Shown here one piece after another: positions 26,184 to 35,881 of a stretch of DNA of 64,000 nucleotides. Position 1 is the stretch's first letter; every line of letters begins with the position of its first letter. The translations under genes and the position numbers were made by a program. The DNA lies in contig VMFP01000003.1 in assembly GCA_007376145.1 (NCBI GenBank), forward strand, positions 28,741-92,740, in the 5' to 3' direction. This DNA is from Parcubacteria group bacterium Gr01-1014_38. Its GTDB lineage: Bacteria; Patescibacteriota; Andersenbacteria; UBA10190; CAIZMI01. The notes beneath the pieces were generated by a model. It was not told the DNA's origin and did no database searches. It saw only the letters and a program-made list of their open reading frames with translations.

Positions 26184-28067
26184 ATGGAGCGTGCACCGAC
26201 GGACCGCATCAAGGAACGCATTGACATCGTCGCGCTCATCGGGGAAAGCCTGCCGCTGAAGCGCGCCGGGTCCAATTTCAAAGCGCGGTGTCCCTTCCAC
26301 GAGGAGGACACGCCGAGTTTCATGGTGAGCCCGACGCGCCAGATGTTCCATTGCTTCGGCTGCGGGGAATCCGGCGATGTTTTCAGCTGGCTGATGAAGC
26401 GGGAAGGGATGACGTTCCCCGAAGCCCTCCGGGTTCTCGCACAGAAAGCAGGCGTCCCGCTAACCTTTGAGCGGCCGGAACACCGTGAGGAGAAGGAGCG
26501 GCTCCGCGAAACGCTCGATCTCGCCGTGACCTTTTATCAGCGTATTCTGCTCAACACGGCCGACGGCCGTGCGGCTCGCGCCTATCTTGAAGAGCGCGGG
26601 CTGACCCCGGCAACCATCCAGGACTGGCGGCTGGGATACTGTCCACCGTCGGCCACACCCATTACCCTCAAAGCCGGGGAGCGTGGTATCGCGGAGCAGG
26701 ATTTGCTTCGCGCCGGTATCCTTCACCAGGGGCAGTCCCGCCTGCCTGGCGGGCAGTCGCGGACCTTCGAGTTTTTTCACGGGCGGATTCTCTTCCCGCT
26801 CACCGATGCGCATGGATCGGTGGTCGGCCTGGCGGGGCGTGTGTTCGAGAGCGGTGATGCGTCCGCCTTCGCCAAGGCTACGGCGGACAGGCCGAAATAC
26901 ATCAACTCACCGGAAACCGCTCTCTACACTAAAAGTCGCATCCTCTACGGTCTCGACCGTGCCAAGGACGCCGTTCGAAAAGAGAATCTCGCGGTCCTCG
27001 TTGAAGGGTACACCGATGTCATCCTCTCGCACCAGGTTGGTATCACGAACGTTGTCGCGACATCCGGCACGGCTCTCACGGAGAATCACTTGCAGCTCCT
27101 CCGCCGTTTCACCGACCGCCTCGCACTCGCCTTCGATGCCGATGCGGGAGGTGATGCAGCCACGCGTAGGGCGGTCGATCTCGCTCTTGCTGCCGGATTC
27201 CTTATTTCGGTTGTGGTGCTGCCAAATGACCGGGATCCGGCAGATCTCGCCGCAGAGAATCCCCACGGATGGCGGGAAGCCGTGCGGCAGCGCGAGGACA
27301 TGTTTTCGTTTTTCCTCCAACGGGCGCAAAAGACCTACGGGACAAATTCTCCCGAGGGGAAGAAAGCTGTTGCCGCCGATCTGTTGCCCTTGATCGCCCG
27401 TGTGAATGACCAGGTCGTTGCCGGAGAGTACGCCCAGCAACTTGCCTCGGTCCTCCGCATTGACCCCCGGTTCATCTACGAGGATTTGAAGCGCTTCTCT
27501 GCTCCATCCGGACGTCCAAGCGTTCCGGCAGCTGCCGCTTCTCTCCGTTCCGCCCTGGATCCCCACGTGGAGCGAGAAGAGCGATTCCTTGTGCTCCTCC
27601 TCGCCGATCCCGAGCTCATCCCCAAGGCAGCCGAAATCCTCCCCGACGCCGCTCTGGAGACGCCTCACGCCCGGACCTTGTACACGGCCTTGAAGGGGTG
27701 GTATACTCCTAAGCGTGCTCAACATGGAGGTCCGAAGGACGCTCCGAGTGCCCGAGCTCACCGTGGCGATGAACACACGCCCCCTGGCCCACTTGCTCGA
27801 CTCCGAGACATCCTCCCCGACGACCTCCGGCGTTCGCTCGATATTCTCGCGTTTACGGTGGAGGTGGAGCGCGAGCGCGAGGAATGGGATCCCCCGCGGG
27901 AAGCTCTCATCTTGGTTCGAGAACTCCTCCTGGCCAGCCTCCGGCGCAACCTCCGGCTGCGGACTGAACAGCTCCGTGCTGCTCCCGCCGCAGAGCGGGG
28001 GACACTCCTGCGCGAGATTGCCGCGGTCACGGCAGACCTCGCCAGGGCCGAACGCGTTGAGTGGTAG
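26184..28067 (+). CDS. dnaG: DNA primase
   Basis: CPFHEEDTPSF..HCFGC Zn finger, KYINSPET, VEGYTD, TOPRIM FDADAGG, DPAD. Confidence 0.97.
   Translation: MERAPTDRIKERIDIVALIGESLPLKRAGSNFKARCPFHEEDTPSFMVSPTRQMFHCFGCGESGDVFSWLMKREGMTFPEALRVLAQKAGVPLTFERPEHREEKERLRETLDLAVTFYQRILLNTADGRAARAYLEERGLTPATIQDWRLGYCPPSATPITLKAGERGIAEQDLLRAGILHQGQSRLPGGQSRTFEFFHGRILFPLTDAHGSVVGLAGRVFESGDASAFAKATADRPKYINSPETALYTKSRILYGLDRAKDAVRKENLAVLVEGYTDVILSHQVGITNVVATSGTALTENHLQLLRRFTDRLALAFDADAGGDAATRRAVDLALAAGFLISVVVLPNDRDPADLAAENPHGWREAVRQREDMFSFFLQRAQKTYGTNSPEGKKAVAADLLPLIARVNDQVVAGEYAQQLASVLRIDPRFIYEDLKRFSAPSGRPSVPAAAASLRSALDPHVEREERFLVLLLADPELIPKAAEILPDAALETPHARTLYTALKGWYTPKRAQHGGPKDAPSARAHRGDEHTPPGPLARLRDILPDDLRRSLDILAFTVEVEREREEWDPPREALILVRELLLASLRRNLRLRTEQLRAAPAAERGTLLREIAAVTADLARAERVEW
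26735..26764. repeat. Short palindrome inside dnaG (encodes SRLPGGQSR)
   Basis: GTCC..CTGCCT-GGC-GGGCAG..GGAC imperfect hairpin in a loop region. Confidence 0.5.
26861..26888. repeat. Short palindrome inside dnaG (encodes SAFAKATAD)
   Basis: GTCCGCC-TTC-GCC-AA-GGC-TAC-GGCGGAC, between the GR and PKYINS motifs. Confidence 0.75.
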
Positions 28068-28088
28068 TTCGTAACATTGAGATTTCCC

Positions 28089-29285
28089 GTGGCGACGAAG
28101 AAACGCGTCCACATCGCGAAAAAAACTTCTCCCCGACGGGCGCCGAAGAAGCTCCGCACCCCTGAGGAAATTCTTGCCTCTGCCCCCATTCGTGACCTTC
28201 TTCAGAAGGGTCAATACGCGGGATTCGTGACCGAAGACGAAATTCTGCGGGCGATTCCTGACGTGGAGGAGGACCTGATGGCGCTCGAAACCGTCTACGA
28301 TGCGCTGGCGAAGCGCGGCGTTCGCGTGGAGGAACCAGCGATGTCTCTCATCGAGTATGAACCACCGCAGAGTCCCGAGCGCGAGAAAAAAGTAGAGCGC
28401 CCGACCAAGGCGAAGGGTAAAGGCAGCTGGGCAGAGAACATCATTGATATCAGCAACATTTCGAATGATTCCGTCCAGATGTACCTCCGCGAGATTGGGA
28501 AGGTCCCGCTCTTAAAATCAGAAGAAGAAGTCGAGCTCGCGAAGCGTATTGAGCAGGGTGACCAAGAGGCCCGGAAGCGCCTGGCCGAAGCGAATCTCCG
28601 GCTCGTCGTAAGCATCGCGAAAAGGTACACCGGGCGGAAAAATCTCTCCCTCCTCGATCTTATTCAGGAAGGGAACCTCGGGCTCTTTCGTGCCGTAGAA
28701 AAGTTCGACTACCGCAAAGGCTACAAGTTCTCCACGTATGGCACGTGGTGGATTCGCCAGGCCATCACCCGCGCGCTCGCCGATCAATCTCGGACCATCC
28801 GCATCCCGGTCCACATGGTCGAAACGATCAACAAGTTCACGCAGGTCCAGCGTCGGCTCCTGCAGGACCTCGGTCGTGATCCGCTCCCTGAAGAAATTGC
28901 GATGGAAATGGGGCTACCGACCGAAAAGGTCCAGCACATCATGAAGATTTCTCAAGAGACCGTCTCCATTGACCAGACCGTCGGCGACGAAGACGAAGAC
29001 AGCACCCTCGGCGACTTCATTGAGGACGAAGAAGCGACACCGCCAGACGAGGCTGCCTCGCGCCAACTTCTTGCTGAGCATGTGCGCGATGTCTTAAAAG
29101 ACCTCTCCCCCCGCGAGCAGAAAATTCTCGAAATGCGCTTCGGGTTAAAAGACAGCATTCACCACACTCTCGAGGAAGTCGGGAAGGAATTTGACGTAAC
29201 CCGCGAGCGCATCCGGCAAATCGAAGCGAAAGCCCTCGAAAAAATCCGGAATCACCAAGCCCTCCGGAAGCTCAAAGATTACTAA
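28089..29285 (+). CDS. rpoD: Primary sigma factor (sigma70/SigA)
   Basis: [51 protein letters not shown]; directly after dnaG. Confidence 0.97.
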   Translation: MATKKRVHIAKKTSPRRAPKKLRTPEEILASAPIRDLLQKGQYAGFVTEDEILRAIPDVEEDLMALETVYDALAKRGVRVEEPAMSLIEYEPPQSPEREKKVERPTKAKGKGSWAENIIDISNISNDSVQMYLREIGKVPLLKSEEEVELAKRIEQGDQEARKRLAEANLRLVVSIAKRYTGRKNLSLLDLIQEGNLGLFRAVEKFDYRKGYKFSTYGTWWIRQAITRALADQSRTIRIPVHMVETINKFTQVQRRLLQDLGRDPLPEEIAMEMGLPTEKVQHIMKISQETVSIDQTVGDEDEDSTLGDFIEDEEATPPDEAASRQLLAEHVRDVLKDLSPREQKILEMRFGLKDSIHHTLEEVGKEFDVTRERIRQIEAKALEKIRNHQALRKLKDY

Positions 29286-29295
29286 TCCCGCGCGC

Positions 29296-30447
29296 ATGGC
29301 CGCCGAGACCAGAGTGATCCCCTTCCTGCCACTGGTGCTACTCGGCGGTGTCCTTACGCTCCTGGGCGGCGGATGCGTGCGAACTTCGGTGCCCACTCCG
29401 CCCGCCGAGGCGCCGGTCGCGGGGAGCGCGCCGGTAGCCGTGCGCGAGGATGCCCCGTCGTCTCCTCGCGTGCCGTCGGCAGTGAAGGACATCACCCTGG
29501 GGGCGCTTCCGAACGCCGCGCCAGCCTTCGGGGCGTCTCTCTCGGTTCCCGCGTCCTGGGAAGCGGAAGTGGTCCCCGAGATCGAAGCGATCAACCTGTA
29601 CGATCCCGCTGCTCCCGGCGGGAGTCCGCGAGAACAATCGCAAATCTTCATTCGGCACTTCCGCGGGGACGATTTTCTCACGCTCGCCACGGTGACGATT
29701 CACGCGCGAACGCCGGGGACGGTTGCCGGGCGCACCTCAGTGGCGTATGTCATCGAAAAGAAGCCCGGAGTGCCGGCATTCCCGCACCAGCCGGCATGGC
29801 GGAACGCGCGGCACCGGGTGACGGACATTCGCCTGCGGGACGCGCGCCCCTCGGAATTTCTCGTGTTTGGTAAGAACCCTGCTCTGCCAGATGCCGTCTT
29901 TGACGACATCCTCTCCTCGCTCCGGCTTGTGCCGGAGAAGACCTCCGCCCTCGTGCTCCCCACGAGGGACTTTTTTGCTGCGGTGACCAAAAAGCCCTTC
30001 GGCATCTTCGTCACGCCGGAGACCTCGCCGGTCCAGCCCGAACGCTTTCGGGGGTACCACACGGCGGCGGACGCGGAGCTTCCGGCGAACACGCCCGTTG
30101 TTGCCATCGCGGACGGGACCGTCACGCGCAGCGGGATTGTTTCCGGGTATGGCGGCCTGGTCGCGGTTCTCCACGAGGTGGATGCCGAACGGCTCGTCGG
30201 CATCTATGGGCATCTCGACCCCGGAACGCTCCCGCCGCGCGGGACGCGGGTTCGCGCCGGCCAACGGGTCGGTGTTCTCGGGGAAGGATTCACGCGCGAG
30301 ACCGATGGCGAGCGTCCGCATCTCCACTTCGGGCTGTACCGCGGGCCTGATGCGAATGTTGCCGGGTACGTCTCGCGGGAAGAACGTCTTTCGGCGTGGC
30401 ACGACCCCGTTGCGTTCTTGCGAGAGCAGGGAGCCGTCGAACCGTAA
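29296..30447 (+). CDS. Lipoprotein with C-terminal M23 metallopeptidase domain
   Basis: Lipobox LLGGGC; HTAAD, YGHL and HLHF motifs. Confidence 0.85.
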   Translation: MAAETRVIPFLPLVLLGGVLTLLGGGCVRTSVPTPPAEAPVAGSAPVAVREDAPSSPRVPSAVKDITLGALPNAAPAFGASLSVPASWEAEVVPEIEAINLYDPAAPGGSPREQSQIFIRHFRGDDFLTLATVTIHARTPGTVAGRTSVAYVIEKKPGVPAFPHQPAWRNARHRVTDIRLRDARPSEFLVFGKNPALPDAVFDDILSSLRLVPEKTSALVLPTRDFFAAVTKKPFGIFVTPETSPVQPERFRGYHTAADAELPANTPVVAIADGTVTRSGIVSGYGGLVAVLHEVDAERLVGIYGHLDPGTLPPRGTRVRAGQRVGVLGEGFTRETDGERPHLHFGLYRGPDANVAGYVSREERLSAWHDPVAFLREQGAVEP

Positions 30448-30558
30448 CGGTTCCGACAGCATTCGTCGTCGCCGTTGTCAGGGTAGAGCAATGGCGGTAT
30501 TCTGTTTGCGCTGCGGCGAGCGCCCTCCGGGGCGAACTGGACGGTCGCCGCGGCTGAT

Positions 30559-30633
30559 TCCCCGGTAGCTCAACGGCAGAGCGGCGCCCTGTTAAGGCGA
30601 AGGTTGCAGGTTCGAGCCCTGCCCGGGGAGCCA
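30559..30633 (+). tRNA. tRNA-Asn(GTT)
   Basis: Acceptor TCCCCGG/CCGGGGA, D arm AGCTCAACGGCAGAGC, anticodon loop CT-GTT-AA, T arm GCAGG-TTCGAGC-CCTGC, encoded CCA. Confidence 0.96.
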
Positions 30634-30757
30634 GTCCGAACGCTCATGCGCCCTGACGATGGCATCGAAGGGATTTTTGAGCGTGAAATGGAGCTTTTTG
30701 CTCCGTAAAGTGAGGCATATTCATCCTGTGTAATCCTCCGGCGGAAACCTGCGGATG

Positions 30758-30807
30758 CCACCGTTCGACCCCGAGCTCACGGTCGAGGGGCGGGCGTCAG
30801 TCCGTGG
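30758..30807. repeat. Nested palindromes: a 30-bp element inserted in another hairpin
   Basis: Removing 30761-30790 (TTCGACC..GGTCGAG stem) restores CCACGGGC-GTCA-GTCCGTGG. Confidence 0.6.
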
Positions 30808-30874
30808 GGCTCCTTTAGTCACGGCGCGTTGTCAATACACGGCGTGCCATGTACGGTACTCACAGGTTGGAGCA

Positions 30875-32155
30875 ATGAAGAAAAAATTTCTCTTCGTCGG
30901 ATGGGAAAGTCTCAGCGGTAACCTCGCCTGGCAGCTGACAAAAGAAGGTCACGACGTCAAAATGTATTTCAAGAGTCCGGAGGACCGCGACGTCTACGAT
31001 GGCTTCGTCGAAAAAGTGGACGACTGGAAACAGCACGCAGACTGGGCGGACGTCATGGTGTTTGACGACGTCGGATTCGGCTCGCACACGGACAGCCTTC
31101 GAAAAGCAGGAAAACTCGTGGTCGGTGGAAGCACGTACGCCGACAAGCTGGAGGAGGACCGCGAATTCGGCCAAGCCGAGATGAAGCGGGTGGGCATGCT
31201 CACCCTCCCGCACTGGGACTTCGACAGCTTCGACGCCGCGATTGAATTTCTCCGCGCGAATCCGGGACGGTACGTCTGGAAACCGTCGGGAAACACGGCA
31301 TCGGATGCGAAGGGCCTCCTCTTCCTCGGCGCAGAAGAAGACGGAAAGGATATCATTGAAGTGCTCGAGCACAACAAGGGCGCTTGGGGGAAGAAGATCA
31401 AGCGCTTCCAGCTTCAGAAATATGCGGCCGGCGTCGAGGTGGCCGTGGGGGCCTTCTTCAACGGCGATGATTTCATCTATCCGATCAACGTGAACTTTGA
31501 ACACAAAAAACTCTTCCCCGGAGACATCGGTCCATATACGGGAGAAATGGGCACGCTCATGTACTGGTGTCCGCCGAACACCATATTCAACCTCACGCTG
31601 GCAAAAATGAAGGAGGATCTAAAGAAGAGCGGGTACGTCGGCTACGTGGACGTGAACTGCATCGCCAACGCGCGCGGCGTGTACCCGCTGGAATTCACCT
31701 GCCGCTTCGGGTATCCCACGATTGAAGTACAAATCGAGGGTGTCCAAAGCCCCTGGGGAGAGTTCCTCGTCGCGCTCGCGAACAAGCAGTCGTACGAGCT
31801 CAAGGTGAAGAAAGGATTTCAAATTGGTGTGGTCGTTGCGGTCCCGCCGTTTCCGTATGACGACAAAACGGAATTCGAGATCTACCGCGATCTCTCCATC
31901 CTGTTCCGAAAGCAAACCCTTGAAGGGGTCCACCTCGGGGACGTGAAATTGGTTGATGGAGACTGGCGGATCGCGGGCGAAAGCGGGTATGCGCTTGTCG
32001 TCACGGGGTCGGCCGTCACCGTGCAGGAGGCACGCCAGCAGGTGCAGAACCGTTTGAACAACATCTTGCTCCAGAATATGTTCTACCGGACGGATATCGG
32101 CGAGCGGTGGAACCAGGACAGCGACAAGCTGCAGATGTGGGGATACCTCTACTAA
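30875..32155 (+). CDS. Divergent phosphoribosylamine-glycine ligase (PurD)-like ATP-grasp enzyme
   Basis: LEEDR, EHKKLFPGDIGPYTGEMGT, LEFTCRFGYP, MFYRTDIG; GGAG RBS before the ATG at 30875. Confidence 0.75.
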   Translation: MKKKFLFVGWESLSGNLAWQLTKEGHDVKMYFKSPEDRDVYDGFVEKVDDWKQHADWADVMVFDDVGFGSHTDSLRKAGKLVVGGSTYADKLEEDREFGQAEMKRVGMLTLPHWDFDSFDAAIEFLRANPGRYVWKPSGNTASDAKGLLFLGAEEDGKDIIEVLEHNKGAWGKKIKRFQLQKYAAGVEVAVGAFFNGDDFIYPINVNFEHKKLFPGDIGPYTGEMGTLMYWCPPNTIFNLTLAKMKEDLKKSGYVGYVDVNCIANARGVYPLEFTCRFGYPTIEVQIEGVQSPWGEFLVALANKQSYELKVKKGFQIGVVVAVPPFPYDDKTEFEIYRDLSILFRKQTLEGVHLGDVKLVDGDWRIAGESGYALVVTGSAVTVQEARQQVQNRLNNILLQNMFYRTDIGERWNQDSDKLQMWGYLY

Positions 32156-32192
32156 AGTCTGGAAGTGAGGAACCCCGAGCGGGAGCTGGCAC

Positions 32193-32222
32193 CCCCAGCG
32201 CGTGGATTAACCTGCGCTGGGG
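32193..32222. terminator. GC-rich hairpin after the PurD-like gene
   Basis: CCCCAGCGC..GCGCTGGGG stem; no clear T-run. Confidence 0.4.
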
Positions 32223-32389
32223 CCCCCGCCGCTCTTCTTCCATGCATCTCCTTCCTGGCGTCAGTACAGCCACCGCCGGATCCACACGGCGCTCCGGATG
32301 CCACCCGCGCGATTCGCCGAGCGCTATCACGCCTCACGGCTCTTGACGGAGACGTCCGAAGAAAGGGGTACTTGACCATCCGTTGTTCT

Positions 32390-32753
32390 ATGCAGTGGGT
32401 ACGCTGACATCAGAGAATTGAAGGGATCGCGATCCTTGCGACCGCCGTCTATTTCTACATGGCAGCGGAGTATCGCCTGTTGTGGTTCATTCTTCTGCTG
32501 TTCACTATTGATGTGTCCATGCTTGGGTATTTGGTGAACAAGAAAGTCGGCGCTCACGTCTATAACATTGGGCATAGCTTACTGTTCCCGCTTTTCCTGC
32601 TGCTGGGGGGATTTACCAGTCACGGAGATCTGGAGTACAGCCTTTGCCTGGATCTGGATTGCTCACATCGGGATGGACAGAATGCTTGGGTACGGTCTGA
32701 AGTACGAGACCGGGTTTACGGATACGCACCTTGGCCGGATTGGAAAGAGATGA
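32390..32753 (+). pseudogene. DUF4260-family membrane protein pseudogene
   Basis: RIEG..DVSMLGYL..GAHVYNIGH in one frame and WIAHIGMDRMLGYGLKYETGFTDTHLG in another. In-frame TGA at 32405 and a frameshift near 32600-32645. Confidence 0.8.
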
Positions 32754-32891
32754 CTCTCTTGACAAGGGATTCTTTCTGGTCTATGATCGAGTTCATTCAT
32801 TTCATTTCCGCGCAAAGGACGCGGCAGAACGGACTCGACCTTGCGGCATAGGAACGCGTGACCGAACGTAAGGACTGGGGTCACAGCACCT

Positions 32892-34193
32892 ATGGCACAT
32901 GCGCATCCGTCGGGGGACACACAATTTTCCGAGTTAGGACTCGCCCCAGCATTGCTGGCCGTGATCGATCGACTGGAGTTTACCGTGCCGACGCCCATCC
33001 AAACGAAAGCCATCCCGATCGCCGTGACGGGAAAAGACATCATCGGGATTGCGCAAACCGGCACGGGGAAAACTCTCGCGTTTGTACTCCCGCTGCTCCA
33101 GCAAGCGTCCCGAACGAAAAAGCGGGGACTCGTCATCCTGCCGACCCGCGAACTTGCGCTGCAGGTCGATGAGACATTCCGGAAGGTCGGCCACTCGTTT
33201 GGCCTTCGGACCGCACTCGTGATCGGCGGAGACTCCATGTCACGGCAGCGTGAAGCGCTGGCTCGAAACCCCCACGTCATTATTGGCACGCCGGGGCGGA
33301 TGATTGATCACCTTCAACAGGGCACGTTGCGTCTGCACGGTGTCGGCATGCTCGTGCTCGATGAAGCGGACCGCATGCTCGATATGGGATTTGCACCGCA
33401 GATTACGCGGATTCTCCAGCATGTGCCGAAAGAACGGCAGACCATGCTGTTCTCGGCCACGATGCCGCCGGCCATTGTGACGATCGCGGCGCGGCACATG
33501 AAGATGCCGGTGCGGGTAGAAGTGGCGCGATCGGGAACGGTTGCGGAACGCGTGGAGCAGGAATTTTTTGTCGTGCCGAAACAACAGAAGAATCGGCTGC
33601 TCGACAAGCTGCTGAGCGAATATGCCGGTGCGGTGCTCGTCTTTTCCCGCACGAAACACGGAGCGAAGAAAATCGCTCGCGCGGTGCGCTCCATGGGGCA
33701 CAGCGTGGCGGAACTTCATTCGAATTTGTCGTTGCCGAAGCGCAGAAAATCTCTGGAAGGATTTAAGGGCGGCACGTATCGCGTCCTCGTGGCAACGGAT
33801 ATCGCGGCTCGCGGCATTGATGTCACGGATATTGAGCTCGTGGTGAACTACGATGTGCCAGAGGATCCGGAATGGTATGTGCACCGCGTCGGACGCACCG
33901 GTCGGGCTGGCAAGATTGGACATGCGGTTTCGTTTGTTACTCCCGACCAGCGCGGGAAACTCCGGGACATCGAGCGCTTGATTCGCGTGTCCTTGAGTGT
34001 TTCTCCGCTGCCCGAACTTCCCCCCGAGCGCGTCAGCATGCCGCAGTCGTCTCCGTTCGAACATTCGAGGTCCCAAGTTTCGCATCAGCACCCGCGTCCC
34101 CGTTCCCATGACCGTCGCCGACACCCGCCGCGTTTTCGCAGCGGCGGACATGACCATTCACGCCGTCAGAAGCACATCCACCAGGACGGATAA
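32892..34193 (+). CDS. DEAD-box RNA helicase (RhlE-like)
   Basis: PTPIQ, AQTGTGKT, PTRELA, DEAD, SAT, ARGID, HRVGRTGRAG. Confidence 0.96.
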   Translation: MAHAHPSGDTQFSELGLAPALLAVIDRLEFTVPTPIQTKAIPIAVTGKDIIGIAQTGTGKTLAFVLPLLQQASRTKKRGLVILPTRELALQVDETFRKVGHSFGLRTALVIGGDSMSRQREALARNPHVIIGTPGRMIDHLQQGTLRLHGVGMLVLDEADRMLDMGFAPQITRILQHVPKERQTMLFSATMPPAIVTIAARHMKMPVRVEVARSGTVAERVEQEFFVVPKQQKNRLLDKLLSEYAGAVLVFSRTKHGAKKIARAVRSMGHSVAELHSNLSLPKRRKSLEGFKGGTYRVLVATDIAARGIDVTDIELVVNYDVPEDPEWYVHRVGRTGRAGKIGHAVSFVTPDQRGKLRDIERLIRVSLSVSPLPELPPERVSMPQSSPFEHSRSQVSHQHPRPRSHDRRRHPPRFRSGGHDHSRRQKHIHQDG

Positions 34194-34360
34194 TTTGCGT
34201 TCCTCTTCAGCTTCGCCTTCTTGTCTCGATGTTGATTCGAAACTTGGAGTGGCGAGCCGCCTTTTGGGAGCTCGCCGGTATGGGAACGCTTCCGCATTTC
34301 GGCTTGCGGGGAATGAGGAGAGGGCGCACAGTAAGGACGAATTCTTCATGACAAAAGCAT

Positions 34361-34756
34361 ATGAGTAAAACCATTCGGCAAATCGTCACATTCAGAGCGA
34401 CGCCCCATGCGGTCTATGACGCGCTCATGAACGCGAAAACGCACGCGAAGTTCACCGGCGGTCCGGCGAAGATCAGCCGCAAGGTGGGCGGAGCGTTTTC
34501 GGTGTTCGGCGGCTCCATTCACGGACGCAATCTCAAGCTCGTGAAGGATACAACCATCATCCAAGCGTGGCGCGTGAAGGAGTGGCCGAAGAACGTGTCG
34601 TCCCGTGCGACGTTTTCCCTTCGGAAAATGAAGAACGGAACCCGTCTGATCTTCACGCACGCTGGCGTTCCCGCGAATGCGTTGGCATCGATCCGGAAGG
34701 GCTGGAACACGTACTATTGGAAGCCGATGAAGAAGTTGCTCGGGCAGAAGGGATAG
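34361..34756 (+). CDS. SRPBCC/Aha1-like domain protein
   Basis: VYDALM, GGAFSVFGG, IIQAWR, GTRLIFTH, GWNTYYW. Confidence 0.85.
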   Translation: MSKTIRQIVTFRATPHAVYDALMNAKTHAKFTGGPAKISRKVGGAFSVFGGSIHGRNLKLVKDTTIIQAWRVKEWPKNVSSRATFSLRKMKNGTRLIFTHAGVPANALASIRKGWNTYYWKPMKKLLGQKG

Positions 34757-34811
34757 TTGAGTCTCTTCCCGGAAGCCGTAGGGGCAGTCGAGGTTGCGGC
34801 GGGCGTCTATC

Positions 34812-35372
34812 TCATTCGTCCGAATTTTTGATCTCCCCTTTAAATTCTTTCATCAGCTTTTCGATTTTCGGATCAATGACGAGCTGGCAGTAGCGGTGCT
34901 CGGGATTCTTCTCGTAGAAGTTCTGGTGGTACTCCTCGGCGGGGAAGAAGTTCGTGAAAGGCACGATCTCGGTCACGATTGGCTTCTCAGAGAGGCCGGA
35001 TTTCTTGAGGCGCTCTTTTGCAGTGAGCGCGATGCGTTTCTGCTGTTCGGTGTGCGTGAAGATGGCAGAACGGTACTGTGGGCCAACATCCGGTCCCTGC
35101 CGATCCCGTTGCGTGGGATCGTGTGTCTTCCAGAACACCGCGAGGAGCTTTTCGTACGAGATGACGCTTGGATCAAACGTGATCTGAATTGCTTCCGCGT
35201 GACCCGTCGTGCCGGAGGAGACGTCTTCGTACGAAGGATCCGTCGTGCGCCCGCCCGCGTACCCTGATTTCACGGAGCGCACACCCTTCAAGCGTTCGAA
35301 GACCGCTTCGGTGCACCAGAAGCATCCGCCCGCGAACGTAGCGGTTTCAACGCTGGCGGATGGTACAGGCAT
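34812..35372 (-). CDS. msrA: Peptide-methionine (S)-S-oxide reductase
   Basis: FAGGCFWCTE, TGHAE, HDPT..RQGPDVGPQYRS, AEEYHQNF. Confidence 0.96.
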   Translation of the reverse strand: MPVPSASVETATFAGGCFWCTEAVFERLKGVRSVKSGYAGGRTTDPSYEDVSSGTTGHAEAIQITFDPSVISYEKLLAVFWKTHDPTQRDRQGPDVGPQYRSAIFTHTEQQKRIALTAKERLKKSGLSEKPIVTEIVPFTNFFPAEEYHQNFYEKNPEHRYCQLVIDPKIEKLMKEFKGEIKNSDE

Positions 35373-35466
35373 ATCGGGTCGGAAACTTCTCTTTACTCTA
35401 TTGTATCGTGTCCCTGGCACGGGTGGCCTCTGGTTCTCGGTCGGGACCTGGTATGCTCTGAAGGCC

Positions 35467-35877
35467 ATGGATGACCTCCGGGAAAAACCCGAGGAATACT
35501 GGAAGGAGAAGCTCACCCCCGAGCAGCATCACGTGGTCCGCGAAAAAGGAACCGAGCCGCCGTTCAGCGGCGCCTACCTCCACAACAAAGAGCGGGGCCT
35601 GTATACCTGCGTCGCCTGCGGGCAGGAGCTCTTTTCTTCCGCGGACAAATTCGACTCCGGGAGTGGCTGGCCGAGCTTCACGCAGCCGGCGGACAAGGTT
35701 TCGGTGGAACTCCGCGACGATCGATCGTTGGGCGAACGGCGGACCGAGGTTGTCTGCAGTCGGTGCGGTGGGCATCTCGGCCACGTGTTCGACGACGGGC
35801 CGGCGCCCACCGGCAAGCGGTACTGCGTCAATTCGCTCGCCTTGGGATTTCAGGAGAAGCCCGAGGAACGTTCCTGA
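35467..35877 (+). CDS. msrB: Peptide-methionine (R)-S-oxide reductase
   Basis: GTEPPF, CVAC, KFDSGSGWPSF, CSRC, HLGHVF, RYCVNS. Confidence 0.96.
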   Translation: MDDLREKPEEYWKEKLTPEQHHVVREKGTEPPFSGAYLHNKERGLYTCVACGQELFSSADKFDSGSGWPSFTQPADKVSVELRDDRSLGERRTEVVCSRCGGHLGHVFDDGPAPTGKRYCVNSLALGFQEKPEERS

Positions 35878-35881
35878 TTGC

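Noticed and set aside
28726..28760. RpoD region 2.3 FSTYGTWW instead of FSTYATWW
   Set aside because: A single conservative change; the melting aromatics are intact.
30755..30874. N-terminal extension of the PurD-like ORF (MPPFDPELTVEG...)
   Set aside because: It is a translation of the palindromic repeat; the RBS-supported start is 30875.
32405..32407. In-frame TGA as recoding (code 25 or selenocysteine)
   Set aside because: Many intact genes end in TGA, and the same gene also has a frameshift, so it is a pseudogene.
30559..34800. Island integrated at tRNA-Asn
   Set aside because: I saw no duplicated tRNA 3' end and no integrase.
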